Below the pieces are notes generated by a model. The model searched no databases, was not told the DNA's origin, and worked only from the letters and a program-made list of their open reading frames with translations. Below are positions 30,170 through 43,082 of a stretch of 64,000 bases of DNA, piece by piece. Made by a program: the position numbers and the translations under genes. Source of the DNA: the human T2T-CHM13v2.0 reference genome, Homo sapiens. The stretch is taken from assembly GCF_009914755.1 (NCBI RefSeq), contig NC_060927.1; one strand, written 5' to 3'. The stretch's first letter is position 1; each line of letters begins with the position of its first letter.

Positions 30170-30590
30170 TAGGTAAATTCATAAAGAAACACACACACAA
30201 AAGTAGAACAGAGGATACCAGGGGCTGGGGAAAGGAGAATGAGGAGTTAGTGCTTAATGGGTACAGAGTATCTGTGGGGAGTGATGAGAATGTTTTGGAA
30301 AAAGACGGCAGTGATAGTTGCAATTAATCCCTGTGAATTATGCACTTGAAAATGGTAAAAATAAAATTAGCCAGGCATGGTGGCTTGCAACTTTAGTCCT
30401 AGCTACACTGGAGGCCAAGGGAGGAGAATGGCTTGAACCCAGAAAGTTGAGACTGCAGTGAGCCATGATTGCACCACTGCCCTCCAGCCTGGGTGACAGA
30501 GCAAGACCCTGTCTATAAAAAATAAGAAATAAGAAAATGGTTAAAATGCCACATTTTATGCATTTTTATCATAATAAAAAATTTTTAAAG
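30170..30590 (+). mobile_element. L1MB-like 3' end containing an Alu right-arm monomer (~30362-30535)
   Basis: CCAGGGGCTGGGGAAAGGAGAATGAGGAGTTAGTGCTTAATGGGTACAGAG; the Alu arm is flanked by AAAATGGT(T)AAAA repeats. Confidence 0.8.
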
Positions 30591-31154
30591 TATACTTTCT
30601 TCTAGTCCAATTAGATCAATTGCTCTTTTCTCTCTGAACACCATTCCCCTGCTTTTTAAGCTTTATACGAGGCAGAAAAATGTGGTCTCTCCTTATTGCT
30701 GACAACTATTTCTTGAACCTTGCAAGGCTTCCTGCTTCTTCCTTCTGGTCAGTGAAATATTAGAATAAAAATTTCAGAATGTCTCTGGTGGCTTTTATTG
30801 CTTTTCCATCACAAGTTTATAGGAACATTCTTTTCTTTCTTCTCAGTGAGCATAGGCTTCCTAAAAGCACACAGAAATAGCAAGACAAGTCTATTTCATG
30901 GACTCTGCTTTCTAATCGGATGGTCTCATGTGGAATATTGTCTCTGGAGAGGTCATAAATGGTTGTCACGCCATGTGTTGTGGAGCCTTATCTTCTCCTT
31001 TTCAAAAGCAGGCTGCCTAGTAGGTTTCCTAGACCATGAACAAGCCAAATTTTTGCTTGAAATTTTTAATATTCCTCTTTTTTTATTAATAGAGAACAAT
31101 GATTCCAACACATTCAGCTTTATTTTAGGAAGAAATAATTTAACGCCTAACCCG

Positions 31155-31448
31155 TTATTTTTATTTATTTATTTAGAGACAGAGTCTTGCTCTGTGGCCC
31201 AGGCTGGAGTGCTGTGGTGCAATCTTGGCTCACTGCAATCTCTGCCTCCTGGGTTCAAGCGATTCTCCTGCCTCAGCCTCCTGAGTAGCAGGGATTACAG
31301 GCGCCCGCCACCATGCCTGGCTAATTTTTGCATTTTTAGTAGAGACAGAGTTTCACCTTGTTGGTCTAGAACGCCTGACCTCAAGTGATCCACCCACCTC
31401 AGCCTCCCAAAATGCTGGGGTTACAGGTGTGAGCTATGGCGCCCAGAC
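31155..31448 (-). mobile_element. AluS SINE
   Basis: Antisense dimer; similar flanks TAATTTAACGCCTAA / TAATTTAGTGCCTAA. Confidence 0.9.
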
Positions 31449-32019
31449 TAATTTAGTGCCTAATCTGTTTAAAATGATGTTATAGTTTTTGTACAGCCAC
31501 TTTGTTGTCACTGAGAGATCTCTCAATTTGAAGAGCTCACATCTGTAGAGGAAAAATTATAAGCAAGCCTTGCTTAACGAATTACGCTCTAAGGGATGAG
31601 GGACATTCTGGGCCCATGGCTACCCAAAAGCAACCCTCTTTATCTCCATGCTCAGTTCTGCCTCTGCATCTCCTGAAGTCTTCCTACTGAGGCCTAAGGG
31701 AAGTGAGGTTTAGAGGAGACCTTTAGCTCTCTGGAAGCCCAGGTGGAGAAAACTGGTGGAAGTATTTTTTCCCTATAGGCTGGGGAAGTACCTGGAGATG
31801 AGGCTTCAGATAGCCTAGGATGAGGACAAGACAGTGGCAGATGCTGGAAAGAATTTGACCTGCAGTCATCCATGACTCTTATGATGAAAGTTGATGTGAA
31901 TGGTGCCTCCTGGAATTGTGCGTGGTGACACCTGGTTGACATTGTTTTCCCATCCTTCAAACCACTCCTCTCATCCACAAAAGACATATACATACAGCAA
32001 AAAACTCATCAGAGTGGCC

Positions 32020-33850
32020 TAAGACTTCTCAGTTGCAACACTGACAGCTAAACACAATGGAGTCACATCAAAGAGAGAAGGATCAGCAACCTAGGAATCC
32101 CATACCCAGCTAAGATATCTTCCATCTATCAGGCTGAAAGACATTTGAAGATAAGCAAATAGAAACTATAGCACCACAAAACCCCTTTCCGAGGAAATAA
32201 TTAAGACTGAAAACCAACCACAGGTGAACCAGAAGAGGCATCTGAAGATGGAAGAAGATAAACAGAAGAGGTAAAATCACTCAACAGGATGTACAGGGCC
32301 ATTTTGGAACCACAATACTGACATTTATTAAAACAATGCAACTGACAAAACATTTGCACACCAAACTGTAGAAGCCCAATGCCCCAAGCAAAACTATTAC
32401 AAATCCAAGGATAACTTGATAAAATTACTATTGTAATCAGGGGCTGCTATATAGTTCCCTTAGCATATGCAGCAGAAAAAAAAGTAGGCAAGAACATAGA
32501 GGATTTAAAAATACAATCAGTAAACTAAATGTAACTTGTACTATAGAATGTTACATCCATTGAATAGGAGTATATTTCTCCATTATTTCAAATGTCCAGG
32601 AATATCTATAAAAAGTGATCATAAGAAGTGACATAAATCCACAATTAAAACCTTAAAAATTCAAAAGCATTGAGATGTTATAAGACATGATTTTCCAATA
32701 CACAATCTAACAAAATAAGACATAAGCAATTTTAAAATGGCCAAACATTTTACCCATTTGGAAACTAAAAGGCAGCTGTTGATAATCTTTGGATTAAAGA
32801 GAAAATCAAAAGAAAAATCACCAGCTTTCTAGAAAGCAGTGAAAAGGTGTGCACAAAATACAAAGTCCATCAGACACAATGACACCCAGCCTGGAGAAGA
32901 GTTTATAGCCTTGAATGCCTTCACTGCCAGTGAACCACCAAAAAGGTGCTAAAGACTTACTTCTATAGTTTTCTAAAAAGAACAACATAGTAAACTCAAA
33001 GACACTAAGAAGACGGATGAAAAAAAAATAAAATACAAAGGTAATAAAATAGCATATCTACAGAGAGGAAAAATAAATTCAAATACTGCTTCTTGGCAAA
33101 GACCAGTGACATCTACAGATAAGCCCCTTCAAATCCTGATTAAGGAAAGAGTGAGCAAGAGAGAGAAAGACGATGAGTGTGAACAAAAATAGGTTACATT
33201 AGAAACGTGAAAGGAGAAATAACCATAGATATAGGAGTGATTAAAATCGTTTAAGAGAATATAATAAGCAACTCTATATAATAGTTTTCAAAACTTGGAA
33301 GGATGAATTCCTAGTAATATTATAAATTATGAACATTGACCCAAGGAAAAAAGTTTAAAATTCTAAATCATCAAAGACAAAGCTAGAGATACTAATAAAA
33401 GATCTATCATACATTTTTAAGAAAAACAGCCATAGATGTTTTGGAGACATTAGAGATATTTGAATATGGACTGTATATTAAATGATATTTGGGGATTACT
33501 AATTTTCTTTGCTGTGACAAGTATGACAAAGCCCTTATTTTTAAAACTTGCATATTAAGTATTTAAGGAAGAAATGTCCTGATGACTGCAACTTTCTTCT
33601 CCCCCACACCCACATATCCACACACACACCCCCAAATATGACAATATCATTATAAAACTATAGTAATCAAAACAGCATAATATTGGTGTAAAGACAAAGT
33701 GTTCAATAAAACAGGCTAGAGAGTCCAGAAAGAAATGAAACAGATATAGACAACTGATTTTTGACAAGGTTGCAAAGGCAACGCGTGAAGGATGAGTCAC
33801 TTTTCAATAAATGGTACTGAAACAAATGGATATCAAAATGGGTGGCTCAA
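32020..33850 (+). mobile_element. Ancient degenerate L1 (ORF1-end/ORF2 remnants)
   Basis: A-rich; CCATACCCAGCTAAGATATC, TTTATAGCCTTGAATGCC, TATAAAACTATAGTAATCAAAACAGCAT and CAACTGATTTTTGACAAGG are L1 motifs. Confidence 0.7.
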
Positions 33851-34940
33851 AATCTCAACACACAACAAGCACACACACCTTTCCAAAAGAATGGGAACCA
33901 ATGTACCACATTTACTACTTCCATCTTAGTTTTCAGAGTCTGATTCCACAGGCATTATATTAACTAGGGCTCTTTTGTGGTTGAAAGCCACAGAAATAGA
34001 CTCTGGCAACTATAGACAAAAGGAAATTTATTCAAGGGAGATATGGATGCCTACAGGATGCAAGTCAAGCCTGGGGAACCAGTTTTATTATGATATCTCC
34101 AAGGAACTCCAGCAATTTGGCCACTTACTTTAGGGAGCCAAAGCTGAGATGAATTAATTTTAGCATTTGTTCTTCCTTCTACCACCCACTTCAAGATTCA
34201 GAGTGGGGAGAGAGAAGCCAATTGGTCCAGTTGGGTCCCATGCTTGTGCTTGGCGACGCAAGCCCCCTGAGTGACAATCCTCCAGAAGCAGGCACTTTAG
34301 GGAGGAAAGTCATTGCTCCAAAAGGTATCAGGGTGTGTTGCCAGAAGAAGAAGGGGTGATGCTGGGCAGGGAAGAGCAACTGTGATCACCACTGTCAGTG
34401 TTCCGCTTGGAGTCTTGGCACAACTGGGTGATTAATTCTTCCATAGAGGGTGTGATCCTACTTGAGTTCCATTTAACAAGCTTGGGTGTGAAACTAGTAT
34501 TAAAGTAGTATTAATTCACATTATTTTTTGAATTAATAGTCAAATTATAAAATATCTTTCTCTGAATCTCCATCTTATTGATCTGGCAGAAACTCAACTG
34601 AGTCATTATTGCACCCAGGGGTCAGTAGGTGACAAGGCTGGAGCCCCGTGTCCTGGAACTATGCCTGGAACAGCACTCTCTCTTCCAGAGCACTGAGAGG
34701 ATGCCATGAGAGGCCTGCACTCACTGAGCCCCATGAGCCCTTCTGGTCTTGAGGAATCTTCTCCACTCCTCTGCGTTCTTCATTTCGGCCTTCTCCCATC
34801 TTCTAAGAAACCAAACTTCTTTCCCTCTCCCTGAACTAATCCCTTCAATGAACTTAAGATTTGGGAGAAAAGTCAAGGAGGGAAGTTGTTTTCAGGGCGC
34901 TTCTACGTAAAGCTCTTAATACCAACCTCTTTGGTCAGCG

Positions 34941-35222
34941 TGTATGAGTCTGCTCAGGCTGCCGTAACAAAATACCACAGGCTAAGTGGCTTAGACAACA
35001 GAAATGCATTTCTTCCCAGTTCCGAAGACTGGAAGTGCAAGATCAAGGTATCAGCAGGGTTTTCTTCTAAGGCCTCTCTCCTTGGCTTGCAGATGGCCAC
35101 CTTTTCCCTCTGGTTTTAGAGGGTCCTCTTCTATGTTTGTCTGTGTCGTAATCTCTTCTTATAAGGACACCAGTCATACTGGAACAGTGCCAGCCCATAT
35201 GACTGCATTTCACCCTAATTGC
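34941..35222 (-). mobile_element. MLT1 (MaLR) LTR fragment
   Basis: GGCTGCCGTAACAAAATACCACAGGCTAAGTGGCTTA..CAAGATCAAGGT..TTATAAGGACACCAGTCAT. Confidence 0.85.
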
Positions 35223-35225
35223 CCA

Positions 35226-35536
<311 letters not shown>

Positions 35537-38341
35537 TAAATCTGGCTCTGCTGCTTATGGCCACTCAGTGGTCTTGGAAAAATTAACCTTTCTATGCCTC
35601 AGATTTTCTATCTATAAAATGGGTAATTATAATACTGCACAATCCTTAGGACTCCTGGCTGGTTACAAGTGATATTACGTGAAATGTTCTTAGAACAGGG
35701 TCTGACAACTACTAAGTGCCCAATAAGTGCTAGCTATGATTTATTATGTAGCAGCCAATTTAAAATCTTACCTTAAAAATTAAGAATCATTGGATGACTT
35801 GAAGAACAATTTTATTCTCAAAGTTGCTACACAAATAGAAATCAATACCTCCCTAGCTATCTGAGTGCCAGATCTCTGAAGACCTAATCCATTTAAATTG
35901 AGCAGTTGAAACAGTAATCATGAAGGCCTGTACTTTATAATAGTCAATGGTCCTTGGACCATTACTTAGCCTCCATAGACTCTTGCTTTACATATATTTC
36001 TAGCAGCCTTGCCTCTCAGGCTTTCCAGAAGCAGCAAATTAGGAAGTAAAGAAGGAAGGGCTTAGAACTGACAGTAGCAAGAAGTGACAGCTGACAGCTT
36101 GACAGCTAAGGAAGAAGAGAGAAAATTAAAAAGCAGAGCAAACAGTCCCACGTGGTCCAGTTCCCCCCGAGGGCCTCCCTGCCAGGAACATGATTGATGT
36201 TCTTCAGGATGACCTGCAGACCTGCGTCCCCAGCCAATAATGGTCCCTCCATCCACTTGGCCATCCGACCTAGAGAAATCAGCCTCCTCTTCAGCTACTT
36301 CTCTTTCCTCCTGAAATTTAGTTGGTCACCAAATGCTATTAATTCACTTTGAAATGTATCTGGTCAACACACATTTCCCAGCACTCTACTGTGAACCCTT
36401 TATTATTGCCTGCTGGACAATTGTACAAGGGACTTCTACCTGGTCTTCCTACCTCAAGTCTCAGTGTCTACAGAAAGTATAATCATGGCAAGGATGGAAG
36501 TTGGAGACACACAGTAAGGGTTGCTGAGTATCTACCGTGTGTGAAGTAATAATGCCCACTGTTCTGTTCAAATTATAAAGAAAAAAAGCTCCTCTTGACA
36601 TGTGCTATTAAGAGTATTAAAAGCTGCTATTTTAAGGTATTTTAGAAAATAAGACTAAGTGTATGTATTCAGAATGAATTACAGAAAGTGAAGTGATAGC
36701 TCAATAATTCAGATCCCAAATACCAGCCTCACTTCTTCCTTACCTCCTCTTCTTCATCCAACTGTATGGATAATTGAAAGAAACTAAGGGGCGAGGAGTG
36801 TCCCTTAATTCTTGTGTCTTGGAGTGTCCCTTAATTCTTCACTTTGAATAGCACAACATTTGGTTTTCCTTTTCTATTTCAGTATCTCACATTATTCTTC
36901 TGTTCAGACACCATATGAGCTTGATGAAACATTCATCTTGTTTTTGTTTTCCTACAGATATAAAATCTCTACACTGGCTCTCTTTTAATCCTGCCCATCC
37001 TGATTTGCAAACCCTTCACAGTGGCACTGTGGCTAGAACAGTTGGCTGTGCTGCTGTGCTGGGTGTTCGCAGGTGTGTGGGTTTGCTGGTGAGAGAAGTT
37101 TTGCGTGTGATGGTCTGCTGCTGCTGCCAGAATCATTTGGTTCTCTGTGCAGTAGGATGCAGTGGCCAGCACACATCTGGGGTTATTATTTTCCACTCAC
37201 TTTATGTGAGGCTGGACTCCAGGAGAGGCATTAACACAAATACAGTAAAGAACTTAAGATCTGTATCTTAAGAGAATTCTTATTATTTTCCCTCTACCCG
37301 TACTCTGAGCTGAATGCAAATGTGCTTCCCTGTCGTTAATGCAGGCATTTCTAATAATCAGCATCCTTCTGATCATTAGGTAGATAAAGTGCCTTCCAAT
37401 TATGAATCTTAAATGGAGCATTTTGCCTGCTCTGAAGCAATTTGCCATTTAGCTCGAAAACCTTTTAGTAAGCATATTAGTTGACTCCATTTAGGCAGGT
37501 ACTTGTTCTGGTTGCTCCAGGAAGCACCCTTTATTAACAACTCCCAGATATTAACAAAATATTGCTATCAACACATTGTCATCACCTCCGTTGCCTGCAC
37601 ATATAGACTGCTGTCCTAGATTTTCCTTTGTCATTTGAGTATGCCCTGTAATTCCCCATTCTTGCTCAGAATCTCACTGATCTCTGCCATGCCTTGTCCT
37701 CAGATCAACAGTGTTCAGTGTCTGTATTCTGATGAATCACTCGACCACCAAGCAGTGCCTCAGATGGCCATGTTGCATTGCCCTGAGACAGACTGCCCTT
37801 ACACAGTGACATTTTCCCCGCTATGTCTCACAGCTTTGAGGCGTATGTCATGGAATGTCACAGAGCCAAGTCAGAACTCTGCTTCCCCGCCAAAGCAAAG
37901 CAAAGCAAAGGGTGGGCATAGTTCCACACACAAGTCATGCAAACAAGAAGAGGAGATTTTATTCTTAATATCTATCTATTCACCGACCACCCACTCTCAG
38001 CCTTCCCTTGATTTCTCAGGATAATGCCTATTGAAACTCCAACCTTATTCTGTGTTATTTTAATCTCTGATGTGTTCACATTGTGAGGAAGAGTCTGAGA
38101 GAATGAGAACAGTTCTGTTTTTTTCTTTTTTTTCTAACCCTTTGGGCTAATTTTACATTTATAGGAAGTAGAAACTGATACAAATAAAATACTTTTGCTT
38201 TGAATTGACAGGTGTTGCTTTTATTTTTAAGTGTGGCTTTTGACCTGAATTGTTCAAATAATTGTATAAACCCAGCTTAAGATGCTCTCAATATTTTCAG
38301 ACCTGCTTATATATTCAGTTTTTGTATGTCTCCATACACAA

Positions 38342-38646
38342 TTTTATTTTGTTTTATTTTTTTGAAATGGAGTCTCGCTCTGTCACCCAGGCTGGAGTGC
38401 AGTGATGCAATCTCAGCTCACTGCAAACTCCGCCTCCTGGATTCAAGCGATTCTCTTGCCTCAGCCTCCTGAGTAGCTAGGATTACAGGTGTGTGTCACC
38501 ACACTCAGCTAATTTTTGTATTTTTAGTAGAGACAGGGTTTCACCATGTTGACCATGCTGGTCTCGAACTCCTAACCTCAAGTGATCTGCCCATCTCAGT
38601 CTCCCAAATTGCTGGGATTACAGATGTGAGCCACTACATCCAGCCT
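38342..38646 (-). mobile_element. AluS SINE
   Basis: Antisense dimer; flanks TCCATACA on both sides. Confidence 0.9.
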
Positions 38647-39112
38647 CCATACATAATTTCTTTTCATCCTCATTCTTTTCTCTTTTTGTTGAATTTTCTC
38701 TTCTAATCCTTTAATAAACAATCTAGAACATGTGTAATTGATGCCAGAGACATATGCACTCCACCTCCTCTGAAAGCTTGGGAATACTAAGAAAATGGTT
38801 TATTTTTATTCTTTATTAAAGAAATATTAACATTTAACTTTTTTCTTATTAGACTTCTTGCTATTATATAAGATGAGACAATTAAAATGGTCTGTAATTC
38901 TACTTCTCTGGTATAATTATTGTTAACATCATGTATAGCCACCTAGTCTCTTATAAACAGAGAAAACATGGTAAATGCTTTCTGCACATTTTAAAAGTCA
39001 CATTTAATGGTAAAGTGAAGTGAAGATTTGGTAGCAAATTGAAATAGCCTCAATGTTCAATAATAAATTAACTCAAAATGAATTTTTTCCTGAAAAGCTG
39101 AGGCCAGTCTAA

Positions 39113-39637
<525 letters not shown>

Positions 39638-39990
39638 CAGGAATTATTTTTAAAGATCCTTCTTCCTTGTGTTACCATAAAGCAATCTCTTCCGTATATT
39701 TGGCTGATGTGTTTTTAAAAGTGGTTATGATCTCCTATTAGGAAGCATGTATACGTCACCTTTCCTTTGAAAAACTAGAGAATGTCAAGTTTTCTTACTT
39801 GCTACAATTAAAACAAGTTGAAAATATGAACACGTGGTCAAAATTAGATAGGAATGGCTGATTTTTTTTTACATTTGGAGGAGCCGGAGCATGATATATA
39901 TTTCTTTACAACTTGGGGGCTTTTCCAAGGATAGGCAAAGGTTTCAGCAGAGGTTCTCTGACAACATACTTTACCCAAATATCTTTTTAA

Positions 39991-41054
39991 AAATAATTTG
40001 AATTTCAATAGTTTGGGGGGTACAGGTGGTTTCTAGTTACATGGATAAGTTCTTTAGTGGTGATTTCTGAGATTTTGGTGCACCTGTCACCTGGGCAGTG
40101 TACCCAATATGTAGTATTTTATCCCTCACCCTCCTCCCATACCTAATTATGGTATGTGTGGCAAGTGTTTTTTAACAAAAGTGAAAAGCATACCACAAAA
40201 GAGCAACAAGCTCAGAAACCTGCAAGAAGACTGGATTTGTACATCAGAAGCAGGAATTTGTGTCCTCTAAAAAATAGCCCACTAGGGAATTATTTTTTTA
40301 TTTTTTATTTTTTTATAGTCCGCAAAGTCCATTATATTATTCTTATGCCTTTACATCCTCATAGCTGAGAACATTTGATATTTGGTTTTCCATTCCTGAG
40401 TTACTTTACTTAGAATAATGGCCTCTAGCTCCATCCAGGTTGCTGCAAAAGTCATTATTTCATTCTGTTTTATGGCTGAGTAGTATTCCATGGTGTATGT
40501 ATAACACATTTTCTTCATCTACTGGTTGGTTGATAGACATTTAGATTGGTAATATTTTTGCAATTGCAAATTGTGCTGCTATGAAGATGTGGGTGCAAGT
40601 GTCTTCTTCAAAAAATGACTTATTTTCCTCTGGGTAGATAATCAGTAGTGGGATTGCTGGATTGAATGGTAGTTCTATTTTTAGTTCTTTAAGCAGTCTC
40701 CACACTATTTTCCCGAGTCATTGTACTAGTTTACATTCCCACCAGCAGTGTAAAAGTGTTCCCTTTACACCACATCCACACCAACATCTATTATTTTTTG
40801 ACTGTTTAATTATAACCATTCTTGGAGGAGTAAGGTGGTATCTCATTGTGGTTTTAACTTGCATTTCCCTGATAATCACTGAGGTTGACCATTTTTTTCA
40901 TGTTTGTTAGCTATTTGTATATCATCTTTTGAGAATTGTCTATTCATGTCCTTTGCCCACTTTTGATGGGGTTATTTGTTTTTTCTTACTCATTTGTTTG
41001 AGTTACTTGTAGATTCTGGATATTAGTCCTTTGTTGAATGCATAGTTTGCAAGT
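39991..41054 (-). mobile_element. 5'-truncated L1PB-like element
   Basis: GTACAGGTGGTTT..GTTACATGGATAAGTTCTTTAGTGGTGATTTCTGAGATTTTGGTGCACC 3' end; 15-bp TSD CAAATATCTTTTTAA at 39976-39990 and 41055-41069. Confidence 0.88.
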
Positions 41055-42377
41055 CAAATATCTTTTTAATGGGAATCATTAAACCAGTCTGGAAAAGAAC
41101 GCTGGTATTTTATATAAATTTTATATCCAGAGTAACATTTCTACCATTGGTCTATAGAAAAAAAATAAAGGCAAGGAATACTGTTCCTTTGGTTTTACCC
41201 TAGAATAATTTGCTCTTTGGATCGGTATCTAGGTAGAGATTATGACTAAGCATTGGTTAAGTTTGGGAAGCTGGAGAAAATCGTCTGTGTTTATCCAAAG
41301 AGGAAGTTTTAAGAGACCTGTGGGCTACTTTGACTTGCACCCATGCTTATTTCACATATTTATAGACATTGCAGCCTCTATGTAATGTCTGTGCTCTTAC
41401 TTAGGGCTATGTGGCTATGGCAATACCTCACTCACCATCCTGCAGAACAAGAGCAACCGTGGATTTTATCACCCAATCCACTAGCTGAAGCAGAATATGA
41501 CCCACATACAACTGGGGTCCCACATGGCTGGAGCTCGGGGCTATGCCACGTTCAAAGAAATAGCAGTCTGATAGAAAATGAACATCAAAAGCCATTTAAA
41601 TCTTTACTCGGTCTCACAAGAAAACCCTAAAAAGAAGAGATCATTTTTAGTGCAAAGTAAATTTCCTTTACAAAGCCTCCCAAGGTGACTCTCCACTTTC
41701 AAACCCTTTCACACTCCTAAGAGTGACTTCTACCAAAACACTATCTTCTCTCTCTACTCTTCAAAGACCTTCTGCCCACATCCAGACCCAGAGGGCCCTT
41801 CCACCTCTGTCCCCGTCTTCACTCCCTTCCTTGTTCTTTATTCTATGAATGGATTCACACTTGCCTGCTTCTTTGTCTTTTGCTTTTCATTTCTTCTATT
41901 AACAGGATTCTGAGCAACAAAGCAAAGACTAAGAGCTGACCAAGCAATCAAAAAGTAAGAACCCAAGAAACTTTCCTTTTTTGATGGCTTTAACAGGGAC
42001 AAATATGATCAGCTAATGGGATTACAGGTTTACCTGTTTCCTACAAGCATGCCTATAATTTTTGATTCTTTGCTTTTGTGTGTGTGTGTGTGTGTGAAAA
42101 AGCCAACTTTCTTCCCACCCACCTGCTTGTTCCAAAGACCCTATTCTCCAAGGGAAATGTTACATGCCTTTCAAGAAGGCCTTTGCTTTATGTCCACTCA
42201 TCTTCTCCTGTATTCCACCTAATTCATTCAACACATATTTTCGAAACACAGTGCTATGCTGGACCTCATATGAAGCCTGGTTTACAAGACGTATAAGTAA
42301 TATGCCAAAATGGTGACACATACACAAATGGCCTTGAGAACAGATACTATATCCTTTATTTTATAATTATACTCAGG

Positions 42378-43082
42378 GAATATGGGGGATGTTGTGTGGA
42401 TCACTAATTTCATGTTCAATTGTAATTCCCATTGTTGGATGTGCGGCTGCGTGGGTGAGAGTTTTTGGATCACAGGGGCAGATCCCTCATGAATGGCTTA
42501 GTGCCATGCCCTTGGGGGCGAGTGAGTTCATATGATATCTGTTTGTATAAAAGTGTGTGGGCCGGGCGCGGTGGCTCACGCTTGTAATCCCAGCACTTTG
42601 GGAGGCCGAGGCGGGTGGATCACGAGGTCAGGAGATCGAGACCACGGTGAAACCCCGTCTCTACTAAAAATACAAAAAAAATTAGCCGGGCGTGGTGGCG
42701 GGCGCCTGTAGTCCCAGCTACTCGGAGAGGCTGAGGCAGGAGAATGGCGTGAACCCGGGAGGCGGAGCTTGCAGTGAGCCGAGACTGTGCCACTGCACTC
42801 CAGCCTGGGTGACAGAGCGAGATTCCGTCTCAAAAAAAAAAAAAAAAAAGTGTGTGGCACTTCCCACACACTCTCTCCCCTTCTCTGGCCATTTGAGTGC
42901 CTGCCCCCTCTTTGCCTTCTGCCATGAGTAAAAGCTCCCTGAGGCCTCCCCAGAAGCCAAGCAGATGGTGGTGCCATAGTTCTATACAGCCTCCAGAATG
43001 GTGAGCCAGTTGAACTTCTTTTCTTTGTAAGCTACCCAGTGTCAGATATTTCTTTATAGCAATGCAAGAACCGCCTAACACA
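42378..43082 (+). mobile_element. MST (MaLR) solo LTR interrupted by an AluY
   Basis: GGGGCAGATCCCTCATGAATGGCTTAGTGCCAT; CCTGAGGCCTCCCCAGAAGCC; TTTATAGCAATGCAAGAAC..CTAACACA. Confidence 0.88.
42560..42849 (+). mobile_element. Young AluY with a 12-bp left-arm deletion (Yd/Yc3-type)
   Basis: GAGATCGAGACCA^CGGTGAAACCCC; most CpGs intact; pure A tail; TSD AAAAGTGTGTG. Confidence 0.88.

Noticed and set aside
30798-31388. Longest ORF in the track (196 aa)
   Set aside because: Non-ATG start, runs into an antisense Alu, and has low-complexity Phe/Leu content.
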